A stretch of DNA of 62,411 nt, the filler included, from Sluysia triapertura (Eukaryota): the NCBI GenBank assembly GCA_046118255.1. It is 4 parts of 4 records of this genome, joined end to end, with 100 filler letters (N's around TTAATTAATTAA, not from the genome) between each part and the next. Parts side by side here need not be neighbours in the genome. Positions count along the whole stretch, not along the records: positions 50,169 to 62,411 come from JBJNIA010126187.1; 3 more parts are not named here. One strand, given 5' to 3'. Of the stretch, positions 62,341 through 62,411 are shown piece after piece. The notes beneath the pieces are model-generated. The model saw nothing but the letters and a program-made list of their open reading frames with translations, did not search any database and was not told where the DNA came from. Positions within the stretch are counted from its first letter, which is position 1; the number at the start of each line of letters is the position of its first letter. Made by a program: the position numbers and the translations under genes.

Positions 62341-62411
<71 letters not shown>
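62341..62411. repeat. (AAT)n microsatellite at window end
   Basis: Perfect run. Confidence 0.95.

Overview
Very AT-rich, intron-containing animal DNA, most likely a protostome and plausibly a flatworm or other lophotrochozoan (inference). The window is not one locus: three identical 100-nt spacers (44 N + TTAATTAATTAA + 44 N) join four independent pieces (1-13716, 13817-27455, 27556-50068, 50169-62411). By reading GT-AG boundaries and exon phases by hand I reconstructed six host genes, most of them missed or fragmented by the ORF track: a divergent ionotropic receptor (iGluR/IR family, 7 exons, minus), intronless ELP6, a divergent IP3-receptor-like channel (5 exons), a 7-exon EF-hand protein, a divergent Siah/Sina-like gene, and two SEC63 exons. 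Introns and intergenic DNA are filled with transposon debris: hAT elements and MITEs with TIRs and 8-bp TSDs, Ty3/gypsy gag/pol/env-like pieces, a DD39D mariner-like fragment, a Polinton-type packaging ATPase remnant, a THAP remnant, a piggyBac end, tRNA-derived SINE-like copies and (AAT)n microsatellites. The most notable candidate is an operon-like pair: the Siah-like stop codon lies only 148 nt upstream of the EF-hand gene ATG, and that spacer holds poly(A) signals followed by an unpaired splice acceptor, as expected for spliced-leader trans-splicing. All family assignments come from motif recognition by eye, not database searches.
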